A stretch of 64,000 bases of DNA from Phallusia mammillata (taxonomy: Eukaryota), in contig OZ281496.1 in the NCBI GenBank assembly GCA_965637545.1, forward strand, positions 13,516,001 through 13,580,000, in the 5' to 3' direction. Shown one piece after another: positions 36,911-49,435 of the stretch; positions within the stretch are counted from its first letter, which is position 1, and every line of letters begins with the position of its first letter. Position numbers and translations under genes: made by a program. Below the pieces are notes generated by a model that was not told the DNA's origin, made no database searches, and worked only from the letters and a program-made list of their open reading frames with translations.

Positions 36911-39014
36911 CAGGGTTGCCAATTTGGCGGTTTTGCCGCCAAATACCTCAAAATTGGCGTTTTTTGAAAGTAGTTGGCACCAAAAATAGCAACTGGCGGT
37001 TTGGCGGATATTTTTGTAAAATTTGGCGGTTTATGGAAATGGTTGGCACCTAATTGTTTTATTTGGCGTTTTTGCTTTTTTGCAAAGGTTTGCGCTTCTG
37101 ATACTACAAATTACGGCTTAAACCCGCTAATTGCGCCATTACAATGGGTAGGTTCTGTTTCATTGAATTCCCGTATACGTCACACAAGCCCTTTTTGACA
37201 AATCAATGCAACAATTAAGAAAAAAAATATTGATTGTGGGCTAAAGGCAGAGCTTGTTTGACATCATAAAGTTTGTGTTCCAGAAAACGTGTCAGCGCCG
37301 GCAAGTACCATCGAGTTTATTTAGTTTAAAAAATTCAACAATGTCGCCAATCAGTAACGCCGTGGCTGGGAGGATTTTTTCCCTTGTAACATCTATTAAA
37401 ACCAAAACTAGGAATCGAATGCAGTTGTACCTTCTTGATGCCATTGTAAGAATCAGAGCGGAGTTGATACTGTCTGGTAAATATTGTAAAGACTTTGCTG
37501 CATCGCCAAAAATGTTACATGACTTTACTTCAGATAAATATTCTACTGAATATGGCAGTAATTGATGTCACTGGTCTTGAAACTTTAATGTAATAATATC
37601 ACCAAACTTGTTGTTGTTGTGTCGTTAATAGATCATGTTATAAAAGTGAGTGTCTGTGCTGTAAGGAGACGGATTGTTTGTGGCAAAACTGGCCATGTTA
37701 GGGAAAAAGTATCATCGCCAAATAAAATGCTTAATTGTGGGTAAACAAAATCCTTAAGGCGGCATTTTGTGCGTATGCAGGGTTCAGGGCAAAAACGTTG
37801 TTTTATAGTGATTTTTAAAGAATTGTTGGTAAAATTAATTTAAAATGTATACCGCCAGGTGGTGCTCTTAGAACTTTCTGGTTCTGGCCGTGCTGGAGAA
37901 TAAAGTTGCCTAACAATGATGGTGATTACTATACATACGACGAACTTGCTCTTAAGTTTAACTTTCAGCCAACAAATCAAGATTTCACCTATTTTATCAA
38001 ATTAGTCGCCGCAATTCCAGACAATTGGGATATATATGACCAACAAACCAACAGAGTACCCACTGAAACTAAACCAACTTGGTTGCATACCATAGCCCTG
38101 CGCGGCACAGTTAAAGAAACTTACAACTTCGTAAAAGAGCACACATCAGAACCGCCAACACAAGAACAGAAAAAATGGGAAACCGACATAGGGATTAGTA
38201 CAGAAAAGCCCAACTGGAGGGAGGTGTACAGGAACACGTATAACTGTACCTTAGAAACAAAATTAAGGGCGTTTCAAATCAAATTAAACTTAAGAGCGGT
38301 AATAACAAATAATAAACTATACACAATTTTGGCATAGTAACTTCAGAAAAGTGCGTTTTCTGTGAAAGTTTCCCTGAAACCATTTCTCAGTTGTTTTACA
38401 CTTGCAAAGTTGTCGCCCATTATTGGGAAAATGTTACTTCTTGGATCTCTCGCAAACTATTACTGAATATTAAACCGAATATAGCGTTATGTTTATTTGG
38501 AACCTATTCGTACAGTTCTGTTACACCACTGCTAAATTGTATTTTTCTATGTGCCCGGTTTGTAATATACCAATGTAAATATGCACAAAACAAACCTACT
38601 GTGAACAGATTTATTAACGCATTAAAAATGACGAAACAGTCCGAACTAATTATTGCTACTAAAAGGAAAAAACGTGCAGAGTGCTTAGTAAAGTGGTCTG
38701 GCCTCTGAATGCCGTTAAATACTTAGCGTTTGTCTGTTTGTTCTGTTGTACTTTCATGTATCTGTCTTTCTTCAAGGAGAATAAAGTTGCTTTTTTTGTA
38801 ACTGCACGGCAACGGTTATGCGTAGATATAATTATAAATTCTCTACTGACCAGATTTTAAGTATGGACCAGTTTATAATACCTATTTAGCAATATATATA
38901 GATGATAATACTCGTCATATTGCTATTTCTGTAAAATTGGTTTGGCGGTATTTTTGGTTTGGCACTTTTTTGTTGTGTTTGGCGCTATTCTGCGTTTTTT
39001 ATCTGGCAACCCTG
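36911..39014 (+). mobile_element. Internally deleted hAT element (CAGGGTTGCCA TIR) nested in the Buster transposase
   Basis: TIR cagggttgcca / tggcaaccctg; TSD tgtctagc at 36903-36910 and 39015-39022; dimerisation-domain remnant PISNAVAGRIFSLVTSIKTKTRNRM. Confidence 0.88.
37910..38775 (+). mobile_element. 5'-truncated L1/Tx1-type LINE (ORF2 C-terminus, zf-RVT) with 15-bp TSD
   Basis: WREVY..ETKLRAFQIKL..SEKCVFCESFPETISQLFYTC..YW; ggagaataaagttgc at 37895-37909 and 38776-38790. Confidence 0.82.
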
Positions 39015-41069
39015 TGTCTAGCTTTCCATAAACACCTTCAGAATGCTTTAAGTGTCGCTTAACGTTGTATTCTTTAGCAACATTAACAGTTTGTTTGCAA
39101 ATAAGACATAAAGGCCTTTTATCTGAATTTTCAATGAAGAAATACTCAAAGGTCCATTTTGTCTGAAACATGCGTTTCTCTTCCTCTACCTTTCTCTTAT
39201 TTGCATTCTGCAAATTTGCTACAGGGTTTGCCATTCCAGAGTGTAAAACAGTTTACAGTAAATCAGCAGACTAGATTTAGAAATGCTCACTGCTTTGCAA
39301 TTGAATGCTTTGTGAATTGCTTTGTTCGCTTCACACAAGCTATCCTGGTAGAGCGTTGTTACGTCATAGGCGTAGACAACAAGTTGAGTTCACTTTCAAA
39401 ATTGGCACATCTCCGCGGGCCGCACAATTTTTTTTCGCAGGTCGTAGGTTTTACACCCCTGGGTTAATATTCACCTGCATGATCTAGTGCAGTTGCTGTA
39501 CTTATATTAGCGCTTTGTCACGTTGCACAAGGTACGATTTGGGTGGTTGGGTTTGGTTAAACGTTTACATTGGTCTTTGTTGGCTTTAGCTTAGAACTGT
39601 ATCCAGGCTGTGCACATTGCGGGAGGTGACTTGTTGTATGAGGTAACAGCGATGTTGCAAGTTGATGAATTTTTGCACCTAAGACTTTATATTGGCCTGA
39701 CATGACCCCTTAGTCACTTGCTTTGTCAGTGACATACCTACAAAATGCACCTAGACCAACCAGGCAAATAATTTAGCATTAAATCATTACCCCCTTCAGT
39801 TATGTTATGTACACTGGAAGGGGCTCTCACACAAATGCTGCCCTTTTGTGCATGACATGCATTTTGCAGGTTGTACTTGAACTTCTGAGACAGAATTTGG
39901 TTGAAGTTTAACCTTGAAGTGTTTTGCTGTTGTCTAAAAGTCGTTTGCTTTTAAAGCTTGTAGTTAATATGTTGTTGTTCATACATGCGTAATGCCAGTG
40001 ATCTGAAAACGCGTGAATGTTATTTGAGCACGCCAACACGTTCAAGGTAATCCGTTCACCACACGGTTTTCTGCAAGGAAAACGTTTTTTCAAAAATGGG
40101 AAACAGAAATTAATTTTATGCCGGCAGAATTAAAGCTTAACCACATCTTGACATCGTCAGAAAGCATTCTACAGTGTAGAATCTACACACATATAAAAAA
40201 TATAATTCAAAGGTACGGCGTATTGTGCAAAATCAAGCTCACCTTGCAAAGGTAACATTATTCTTTTTCATTCGAGTTATAAAGTTTATAAAGCACTACC
40301 ATCTGTCTAATGGCAAACAAATTTTATTTAGTTCTCAAGCCAGCAACTAACGAAATACACGTGGCTTAAACGCAATACTAAATGGCCACAGCATAAAGAA
40401 AAAAAACTACAAGGACATTGTTACACAATAGGGAATTCTGGCATTGTGGTGCAATCCTACCATCCAAGATTTGGCGTATTGAGTGACAACATGTATTATT
40501 TTAAAGAAGTTTAGTTTCTCAGGATATTGTTTGCCTTGCAAGTCAAACCAAGACAGAAAAAAACAATGAGACCACTTTCATTGCCCAAGATGTAACTCCG
40601 TTTTGACATGCAACCTAAACCAAAGGGTGTTGCAAGTCTACAACAAAACAAGGTAGTAAAGAATGTTAGAAATAACTTGAACCTAGAATATCGCATAAGC
40701 TTAAGCGAATTGTCGCGAAAAACATCACAGTTATTTGTGAGACGAACAAAGATGGAAAAAGAGGACTTTGACAGTTACCAAAGGCATATGTACCTCGTGT
40801 GCAAAGCATTGGTAAGAACCTCCACATGGCCAATGTCATAGACATAGGTATGCTGTACCACACCGTAGGTGTAAAATCGACGGATTCATCATCATGTTTC
40901 AGCCGAGTGTTTCCATCGCAATATCAAACCGGCTTTGTTCAAAACCCACAAACTGGCACCACAACAACTGCAGCTTGCCAAGTGCTGAGATATTCGGTAC
41001 ATGCGGCGGGAATTACATCTCTGTCACGCATCGCAGCACTACTGGAGTACCTGCTTAAACCGGCCAGTC

Positions 41070-42750
41070 AAGCCTTTGTTTTGTAACATCAGGAAAAGTA
41101 CATTTTAGCTCTTTGTGTTCGCATGGAACAAGTTTAGATAAAATCAACTGATCGTAAGGGCTATACTCCGCATCAGGGGCGCTGTCATAAACAACAATCG
41201 TTTGTTTGTTTGTTTGTTGAAAAAATATTAGATACAGTTACTCAGTGATTTCCGTGTATATACCGGGTTTCTATCCGCAAACTTGGAGGAAGCCAAACAA
41301 CTTTGTAAACCCATAACATTCGGAAACTGCTGTGCCAACATGTGCATTGCCGAGTCGATGCGCGAACCATCTAACCATTCATCTGCTTGCAGCAAATCCG
41401 AAAGCTTGTCAGCATAGCAGCGTCTCGCCAAACAGTCTTTCGGCATGCGACAGCTACAACTATCGTGTTTGTTTGTCTAAAATCTGTTTTCTTTTACTCG
41501 TACAACCCCGACGGTCGTTTACAAGGGCTTGCATATACTTGCCTACATTCTTATTTGGAGTCGCTACTCTTGTTCGCTTGCTCCACCTTTGCTCAAGCTC
41601 TGACGACTCTGTTGTTGTTCTCTTACGTTTTGCTCCTACTCTGAACCCATCTTCATACACTGCTGAACAAGTCCAAGATGCGTATCTGCATAAAGCTGTG
41701 CAAACTCATGCAGGCACTTGAACCACACAAAACACAAATGCAGAAACGGCTTTGCAAGCATTTCTGCGGTTGCCTTCCCTGTTACAACATGAAAACCACG
41801 AGTAAAATAGGTTTCCAAAGTTTTCTGAAAAAACTCAGCCAAAACAGATTGAATCAGGGGAACACTACCGTCGCAAATTAAAGGGCTGGGCGCGTTTTCC
41901 CACAAATGTTGTTTGCGTATCTTAAAAAAGGCCATAAAAAATGTTTAATTGATGTTGCATTGTGAGAATTTGCGATATACGTTCCTACAGCAATCGGTAC
42001 TCTACTTTTGTGTGGATGGCGTACGACGATTTCGTACGGCGTAAAGTGGTTTTAGCAACACCTGTGATTGTACCACATCCTGTTGCATCAATGTAGGCTG
42101 CATAAAAAGTCAAAACCTGCATCTTTTGGGCTTTCTTTTAAATCTCTCCCAAAATTTGCAGTTGAATCACTGTTGCCTGACACAAAAGCATTATGAGATA
42201 TAACATGCCGCAAAATTTTTTTCAAGTCAGCGCGATGCGAACCTTTCAGTAATCATTCGTTGTTTGATTCCATTTTTGTCTCGATACGAAAGTATTGTTT
42301 TCGTTACGGTTTGATGAAAAGTAAATTGGTTTGCTATCCGAAATAACGGTATTGGTCACGCGCTTAGCCTCACATGAATTATTTCTAGATAAAAAGATAT
42401 ATTTTCAACAACAAGTTCTCGATGTCGTCAAGACCAAAAATAATCTGTAACCGTACCTTTGGCTTGATGGCTTTTCACCGTCTTTAGCTGATGCTCTGGA
42501 ATATCGGTGTTTGTTTCTTTGAGCAATTAATATGGACGTCAAAAACTTACATATCGTTCCATATGTCAAATGTGTTGTCAACAGCTTTTTGCATCAGGAA
42601 GCCCTGCTCAATGGGACTTAGCGAGGTTGACCGAGTATTGATAAGAGGAGGCTCTTCTTCTTCGAACCAACCTTCCGCTATCTCATTGTGGGGACCCTTG
42701 CTCGCACTGCAATATAGGAATATGTCAACTGAATAAGCACAGTTGCTCAA
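41070..42750 (-). mobile_element. Degenerate NOF/Foldback-type Mutator transposase with Ulp1 domain (copy B)
   Basis: YIDATG, YEIVVRHPHKSRVPIAVGTYIANSHNATSIKHF, PLICDGSVPL, FLHLC; then DEWLDGSRIDSAMHMLAQQFPNVMGLQ and IVVYDS..DVTKQ (Ulp1, truncated before the Cys). Confidence 0.7.
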
Positions 42751-43199
42751 TGAACAGGTTAGAGGTCAGCATCACCGGGGGTACCTTGTCACCCTCCCTA
42801 GGGCTACCGCTATCTTAAGATGTCGCGACCTTGTTTGGCGGAATTTCGATGTCACTGAACAATTGCAAATAAAATCACCAAATACAATCAGAACAAGACA
42901 ACTACCTTTGGTCCGATGTAGTCCGATTCGATCTCCGATTTTTAACCTGCCTGTCGGTCCGTCTCCATTTATTCCACCTTGCAGCAGCACTGTCCTTGAA
43001 AAATACAAAGCAACGAGCCTCACCACTTTTCAGAGCCGTAGCCGGGGTGGAATAGCAGTCGACGATTTCAAATTCAAGAGTAAAAACTACAATAAAAAAG
43101 GTATAAGAAAACTTACACAATTCCACGAGGGCATAATCGAGCATCTGTTGACCTGTTGGGCTTTTGAGACACTTTGTTTTCACATAACACCGTAGTGTC

Positions 43200-43594
43200 T
43201 TTGTCGAGAGTCTGTACCAGATCAGACTTATTAGATTTTAAATACAACGCATGTCGCAATAGCCATACTTGAAAATGGACAAACGTGAAGCTTGCGCAAC
43301 AAAGCCGGACATTCGCAAAAATCGATGGCTTGCAAAAAATGGGGCCTAAAGATAAACCCTTCGAAATGCGCAACCATGTCTCCAGAAGAACAGGAAGACA
43401 TCACAATAAACGAACGCATAGTCCCCAAAGTAAGAGAGTTAAAGTTCCTTGGCAGTTTGATCCCTAACTGTGCCTCTGACGTCCAACACAGAATATCCAT
43501 GGCGTCACAAACCTTTGGTCGTCTAAGAAGTAACATTAGAACCTCTAGAGATATGTCCAGAACCCTAAAACTCAGGTTATACAGGGCTATATAA
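43200..43594 (+). mobile_element. RTE/Jockey-type LINE reverse transcriptase fragment
   Basis: WGLKINPSKC..VRELKFLGSLI..DVQHRISMASQTFGRL..TLKLRLYRAI. Confidence 0.8.
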
Positions 43595-43999
43595 ATACCA
43601 TCAAATAACACTTTTGGAAATAGGTGATCCCATCCTGGACTTGGTCATATGTGCACACTCGCTGGTCAGACGTTGAAAAACAGGTGTTTGCACCACGAAC
43701 GTTTACCTTAGCTTTAAGAACTTCATTATATTTCTGAAGAGATACGAGGTTTTGCGAATACTTTTGCGATGGTGGTTGCAAGACTCGGCTGGAAACCAGT
43801 GGTGAATAGAAATTATGACGCAGTTAAGGAGGGTAAATGACCTCATCAAGCGAAAAAGCCGCCATGAACACCGAATCGGTATCCATTTGAACTAAATGAA
43901 AATCGGAATGGTCTAGAGGTCAAGACAATCCTAACAAAACTCATACAAAGTTTTGCGTTTTGATAGACAAAATACCGAACTTAAATGGGCCGGTCGTGA

Positions 44000-45700
44000 A
44001 TAAAGCTACGCTTTCGGGATTGGACATAAAAAAATTTCGTCAATTTCCTCTAATTTTATTACCTTCTCCTCATTGCAATAGAAAATGTGGCTGTGCTTGA
44101 GCTTGTTACAGACTACCTTTTCGTAACTCGAGTTGCCTACCAACTTCATTGAGTCACGATTATTGACAGGCAGCAGAGATGTTGTGAGCGAAAGAGGCAA
44201 AACAAGCATTTGGTTCATAGCATATCACACGGTAGAAATGGGTGACAACCAGGCCATGCTTTAGATATCATTGTGAAAGAGGGTTGGTGAGTACAATCTT
44301 TCGCCTTTCATGCTGATCAGGCATCCATTGTTGATCGCATGATTACGAATACACTGAAGTGCCAAACCGCCTTTTTGCACACCTACGCTGAGCTAACCAC
44401 ATTTCCACCAATTCATAAGCGAGTGAAAGGCTGTGTTAGCTTTTTTCTCGTTTTTTAGAGGCCTACCTAGGATGTCTACGCAAAGTTGAACAGAAAATTT
44501 GCCCAAACCGTGGAACTGGTAAACGGTGTTGGTCTCCCGACAGACCCGTCAACTGAAAGATTACGCTGAGAAAAAAAAAACTTTACAATTCAATGCACAC
44601 TCTTTACTCGTTAAATAAAAACACATTTACTTGATGATAGTAGTTCGACAGCTTGCCCAATCAAAGCCCCATTGAGAAAGTACACGTAAAACGTTAAATT
44701 AACCAACTGGTACACCGTCCAGGAGCTGTTCTCGCGCTAAAGCTGTCGCGTTCTAAAACGTCAGACGCATTAGTGCCTCAAGACCTTGCCGCACAAGCCG
44801 AAAACATTAAAATTGTTGTTTTGCAACATGAAAAAAAAAAACGTTCCTTGTTGTCAAGATCCAGCAAGACCTTTAGATTCTAAAGGCTCCTGGCCGTTTA
44901 TTGGCAGTCGGTAATTGAAATGTACCATTTTACGCTACTAATGCGATGGTGGGAACGGATGTCATTCCACAGTGTCGCGGTCGGTGTCTCGTGATTAAGG
45001 AATTTGTATTCAGCATGTAGAACGCAAGTATAATCGAGAGCAAGTGTTGGAAATGATACAACTACAGCTGGTAGGCCGGTTAGTCTAATTCTCAAAAACT
45101 TTAAGTTTACTTTGAATTCCTGAGGCTGATATGTTTTTAGAGTTTGGGGTTTCTTGTCTTTTTCCATTGTTAGAAAACAACTGGTTATTACTTTGCGTAA
45201 TGTACAACCAAGTCGAGCAATGGTTTTTGTTTAAATTTCATTGGCACTTAAGGTACCAAATAAAACTTGGACAATCTTATTTCTCACTGCCTTCGTAAGT
45301 GGTTTGCCTTCAGCAATCACATTTTTTATCATTTTTCGGCAATTTAAGTTCTGCAACCCATGTTAATTCTTTATCTTGCTGCTGAACGTGATCACTGCTG
45401 CTACTATTCGATGCAGCTTTACCATTGCTAGAAGTATCGCCACCTGTGTAGTAACATCGGTATGTTATTATATTACTATTTACATTTCAACTAACTAATT
45501 GTCAAGGTGTTTTAAAGTACTTACGTTTTGTTAGCCTGTTTGCGGATCTTGCAGACGTTCGTCTTGTGACGGCGTAGGTTACACATTCGGGTAAAGCTGA
45601 AAAAAGACAAATCGTAAGTGAGAAAGCAAAATTAAAAATAGAAAAAAAATACAAAACAAGCTTGGTGTCTTACCTCCTCCCACATGCACAAACCATAAGA
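44000..45700 (-). mobile_element. Possible CACTA/EnSpm relic (zinc-finger accessory exons plus transposase fragments)
   Basis: Spliced MVCACGRS/FTRMCNLRRHKTNVC; KPLTKAVRNKIVQVL; FNVFGLCGK and FTRL*IGGNVVSS give only weak CACTA-like motifs. Confidence 0.35.
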
Positions 45701-45894
45701 TTTGCGCAAATTTTCTGATGCGACTTGAATTGGTTTGCATAGCCATAATGTTGTTTAAGAATTTCCATTTTCTTGTAACAACAGTGTGTGCATCTTTTCT
45801 TCGGTTTTATAGCCAACGAATGGCAAGAGTCTTATTAGGCATCGGCTGTCCATCACACGTGGGAGCGACCGGTCGCGGATTGCTGTTAAGACTC

Positions 45895-46140
45895 TTATGC
45901 CATGTTTAGCAACACTTTTAGTTGCTTTATTTCTGCCACTTGTTTCTTTTTTGAATATTCTACTCTGCCTTCCATACGAACACACCCTTTCTCAAAGCTT
46001 CGCCCTTATCTGCACTGCCCCTGAAGGATTTCTTGTGGTTTGTTTCAAAATGTCGCTTTCTGAATACAACGTTTTCACACGCATACTGCTCTATTGAGAA
46101 ACAAATCCTTAGGCAGCTATCCAGGATTCTTTAAATGATC
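45895..46140 (-). mobile_element. Short Buster/hAT transposase N-terminal fragment
   Basis: RKRHFETNHKK...QSRIFKK..KATKSVAKHG. Confidence 0.5.
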
Positions 46141-47193
46141 TCATGTCAAAAATATTTAAATACTTTCTCAGAAGATGCCATGATCAGGGGCGTATCCAGA
46201 AATTTTTAAAGGGGGGGGGGGGGGGGGTCCAACGATTTATTTTGGGAAATTCCCTAATGACGGCATTGCTTTGAAAAATTTTCCACACAGAAGTGCTTAA
46301 CCGCACGAGACTGAATACGTAATTATAACATGTCAAAATGCCACTAAAATGTCGCTTATTTCGTTTTCTCGTTCAAAACGACGCATTAAGCGGCAAAACG
46401 CTTTGTCCAAAATTGTAAGCAGGCCCGAAACCGTAACCCGGTCCAACTTTCGACTTTGGCGGTTTCTCTACCCGTCCAATTGACAGAATGACAAACTATT
46501 TTAGCAGAAGCTTTGTAGTTTTCTGATCCCGCCGCTGCTATTTAGCTTACTCAGCAAAACTGCAGCCAGGCAATCAAAATCGTTGCTTAAAAAACGGGCA
46601 GCAATTTCTAAAGAACTGAACGCCTTTCTGAAGCGGCAATCCTACTGTTAAGTTGTGCAATGTTACGGACGCACTAAAGTTGGTAACAGCACAAGGCAAA
46701 AATTGTGCCTGGCGAGTAACAAATTACGTTTACCTGTGTGTGGCAAAGTAATACGACGTGTTTGTCAGGTCGAAACTGTTAAGTTAGTTTATTATTAACA
46801 AAGTTAACAGAAACAATACAACAATAAACGTTTTTAACCATTTTTACTCAGTTTACGTTGTTTTACTGCAAAAACAGTTGCATTTAGCACATTTAACACT
46901 AACAAAAACAAATTAAAACCAGCGTTCTAACCGGAACGTAACTTTTCGCTTGTTAGCGCATAAAACTCCTTGTTAAACCCTTGTTACGTCACAATTGGCG
47001 ATTAGATAACAAGCGAATACAAGAGATTGAAAGCTCATAGCTTAGGGATAACGACTCCCTGTTATCACGCAACGGTAGCGGAACGATTTGAGCCTATTTA
47101 ATTAACGCACATAACAAACAGTAGAAATGAATGTTTTCAGTTTATTGAGATGGTGCAGGATCCACATTATCCAGGCAATCGTCCTTGACAAAC

Positions 47194-47519
47194 AGGACAA
47201 ATTGTTTTGCCTCCCTTAACAACATCCTCAACATAAGGCCAGGCAAAGGCTCGTCTTTAACCGCTGCCTCTTCAACTTCCTGTTTAAATTTAATAAACTC
47301 CATTCTCACCCTTCTTTGGCTCGTATGTATATTGACAAACATTAGGATAAAACAATGTTGAAAGGAAAGCAAATAACAACAAGGACAAATTGTTTTGCCT
47401 CCCTTAACAACATCCTCAACATAAGGCCAGGCAAAGGCTCGTCTTTAACCGCTGCCTCTTCAACTTCCTGTTTAAATTTAATAAACTCCATTCTCACCCT
47501 TCTTTGGCTCGTATGTATA
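47194..47519. repeat. 138-bp direct duplication with a 50-bp spacer
   Basis: 47194-47331 matches 47382-47519 (aggacaaattgttttgcc...ctcgtatgtata). Confidence 0.92.
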
Positions 47520-47816
47520 AAGTTTCAATTGCTTACAGTCTCATTTACTTCTTGGAAATGTTTGCTGGAAATTGTTCGGAAGGCTAGTTCGGGAGGCGCG
47601 CTGCACGTGTTTGCTGGGGCACTGCGGAATGACGTAGCGTAGCAGAGCAATGCGGCTCTGAGCAAGCATGGGGTGCACGAAATGGCGACAAGACGGTTTC
47701 TTTTTCAGCCAAATAATGAAGATCAGTCGGATCCTGCGACAAGACAGGTGCCGTCACGTGGCGTCACCGCAAGTAGCTGATGGATAAATACCAAAGGCGA
47801 AACCGAACCTGCACTA

Positions 47817-48110
47817 CACTGTTAAAAAAATTTCGGTAAAATTTACTGCAAAAGGACTGGCAGCAGTTTTTACGGAATGACGCGGCAATTTCTACAATGC
47901 ATTTTTACTGTTGTTTAATGTAAATGTACGTAAACTGCCGTAAAAATCACGGGTTGAATCACTTTGTTTACCTTTAAATTAACTGTAAGTGCCAGTAAAA
48001 TTTACAGGTAACTTATTTTCTTACATACTACGTACTTTTACTGATATCTGGAGTAAAATTGCTCATTTTCGGAGTAGATTTAAAGTAACAAGCTCGGGCT
48101 TCCAGTAGAT
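47817..48110 (+). mobile_element. Left end of an EnSpm/CACTA-like element (CACTG terminus, subterminal repeats)
   Basis: ta|cactgttaaaaaaatttcggtaaaatttactg..ctggcagcag followed by repeated gtaaaatttac-like motifs; partner end not found. Confidence 0.55.
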
Positions 48111-49068
48111 TTTACACAAAATGCACTTAAAAAAGAAAACCAGTGTTTTATTAGCAATGAAAAAACACTTTTCCTACAATCTCAGTCAAAATATGTTTCA
48201 CCCATTTTGAGTAAGAACAAAAAATTATTAGCAAAACTAATCGAGAGGAACATAATTTTCGAACACAAAAACGCTGAAATTGGGCAAGTTTATACATTAC
48301 ACTTTTCATATTATCTTAAGTGACACACAAAACGACACGATCAGGGATACTGATGTGCAGCAAAACTACGCAGAAAAGGCAGTGTTCCGAAAACTCTTTA
48401 AGATTACAATAGATAAATCCAAAATAACAGACCAAGTACTTTAATAGTGATAGAAATCACTGCAGTTTAACAGCGAAAAATAATTTCTAAACTTTTGCTT
48501 TTCTCTATCTAAAAACAATTAGGCCCATCTTATACATTGAAAACACAAAAACTCAATAAAAATTTTTTTTTTGCTAAATGTCAGGTAATGCACCCCACCA
48601 AAAATGGTATCACAGCCTAGACCAACATATTTACAGAATTTACATGTACACAGAAGCCGTGCCAGTCAACCGGCCACTTTACTCAATTCAGGCTATACAC
48701 TAATGGTAAACAGGAAACAATTCCCATATCTCACCTTACATAAACGAATAAGCAACACCAAAATACATACTAAAAGCTTATCCTAATGCAAGGGTTTATG
48801 CACAAACGGCTTAAAGCACTGAATCATATCGCTTCATAGCCTTCACCAGCGTTAGCACTTTTGGACTGGCCTTCAGTAGCAGTTGAATTTCCTGAATAAA
48901 TATTAATTTTTTTATTAATTTTGATATACATCCAAAACTCGTAATTGAAACTTAAAGCTTAAAGCTCGAATCACCCAGTCCGTTGCTTGGTGGGTGAAGA
49001 CTAAAAATCCTTATAGCAATAGATGTAAGTTCCGACAAATCACTTAGTCGTTCACCCTTTGGTTTTAA

Positions 49069-49107
49069 AGATATATATATTTCGCTATTACAGCATCGTC
49101 AGTATCT
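49069..49107 (-). ncRNA. Minimal type I hammerhead ribozyme in the Penelope pLTR
   Basis: Minus strand AGATA CTGACGA T GCTG-TAA-TAGC GAA A-TATA-T A TATCT: conserved core, stem II, palindromic stem III, stem I AGATA/TATCT. Confidence 0.78.
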
Positions 49108-49435
49108 ACGAACAAGCAGAAAGATTCATAAAAAATTAATGAAAACAGTATGCATAAAAGACCTACTAATAAAAGTGTAAAATGGAATGTTAAAAACGTT
49201 AAAAAACGTTACTCAAGCTGCAGCGGCAACCAACGCACCGAGTGAACCACTACCGCATCAAACAAGCGAACAGACAAGAAAAAGAAAAAATGCATTACAG
49301 GTGCGCGGCCGGAGGGAGGAAACAAGGCAACTTGTATATTATCGTCCGATAAAAATCCACAGGCAGAGAAAACACGCTGGTTGACGAGATAAGGCGATAT
49401 AAACACAAACAAACTGGAGGGGAAGGCAAAGGACG

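Larger units (their letters stand above)
35582..39461 (-). mobile_element. Degenerate Buster-type hAT (GTF2IRD2-like transposase) with nested insertions
   Basis: TIR caggggtgtgcaacct / aggttttacacccctg; fragments KRKVEEEKRMFQTKWTFEYF..CLIC, WLCDLAFLVDIT, FGLTYLCEQLF; flanking 8-mers differ. Confidence 0.85.

Noticed and set aside
46185-46230. hAT MITE start caggggcgtatccag followed by poly-G
   Set aside because: No partner TIR or TSD found, so boundaries cannot be supported
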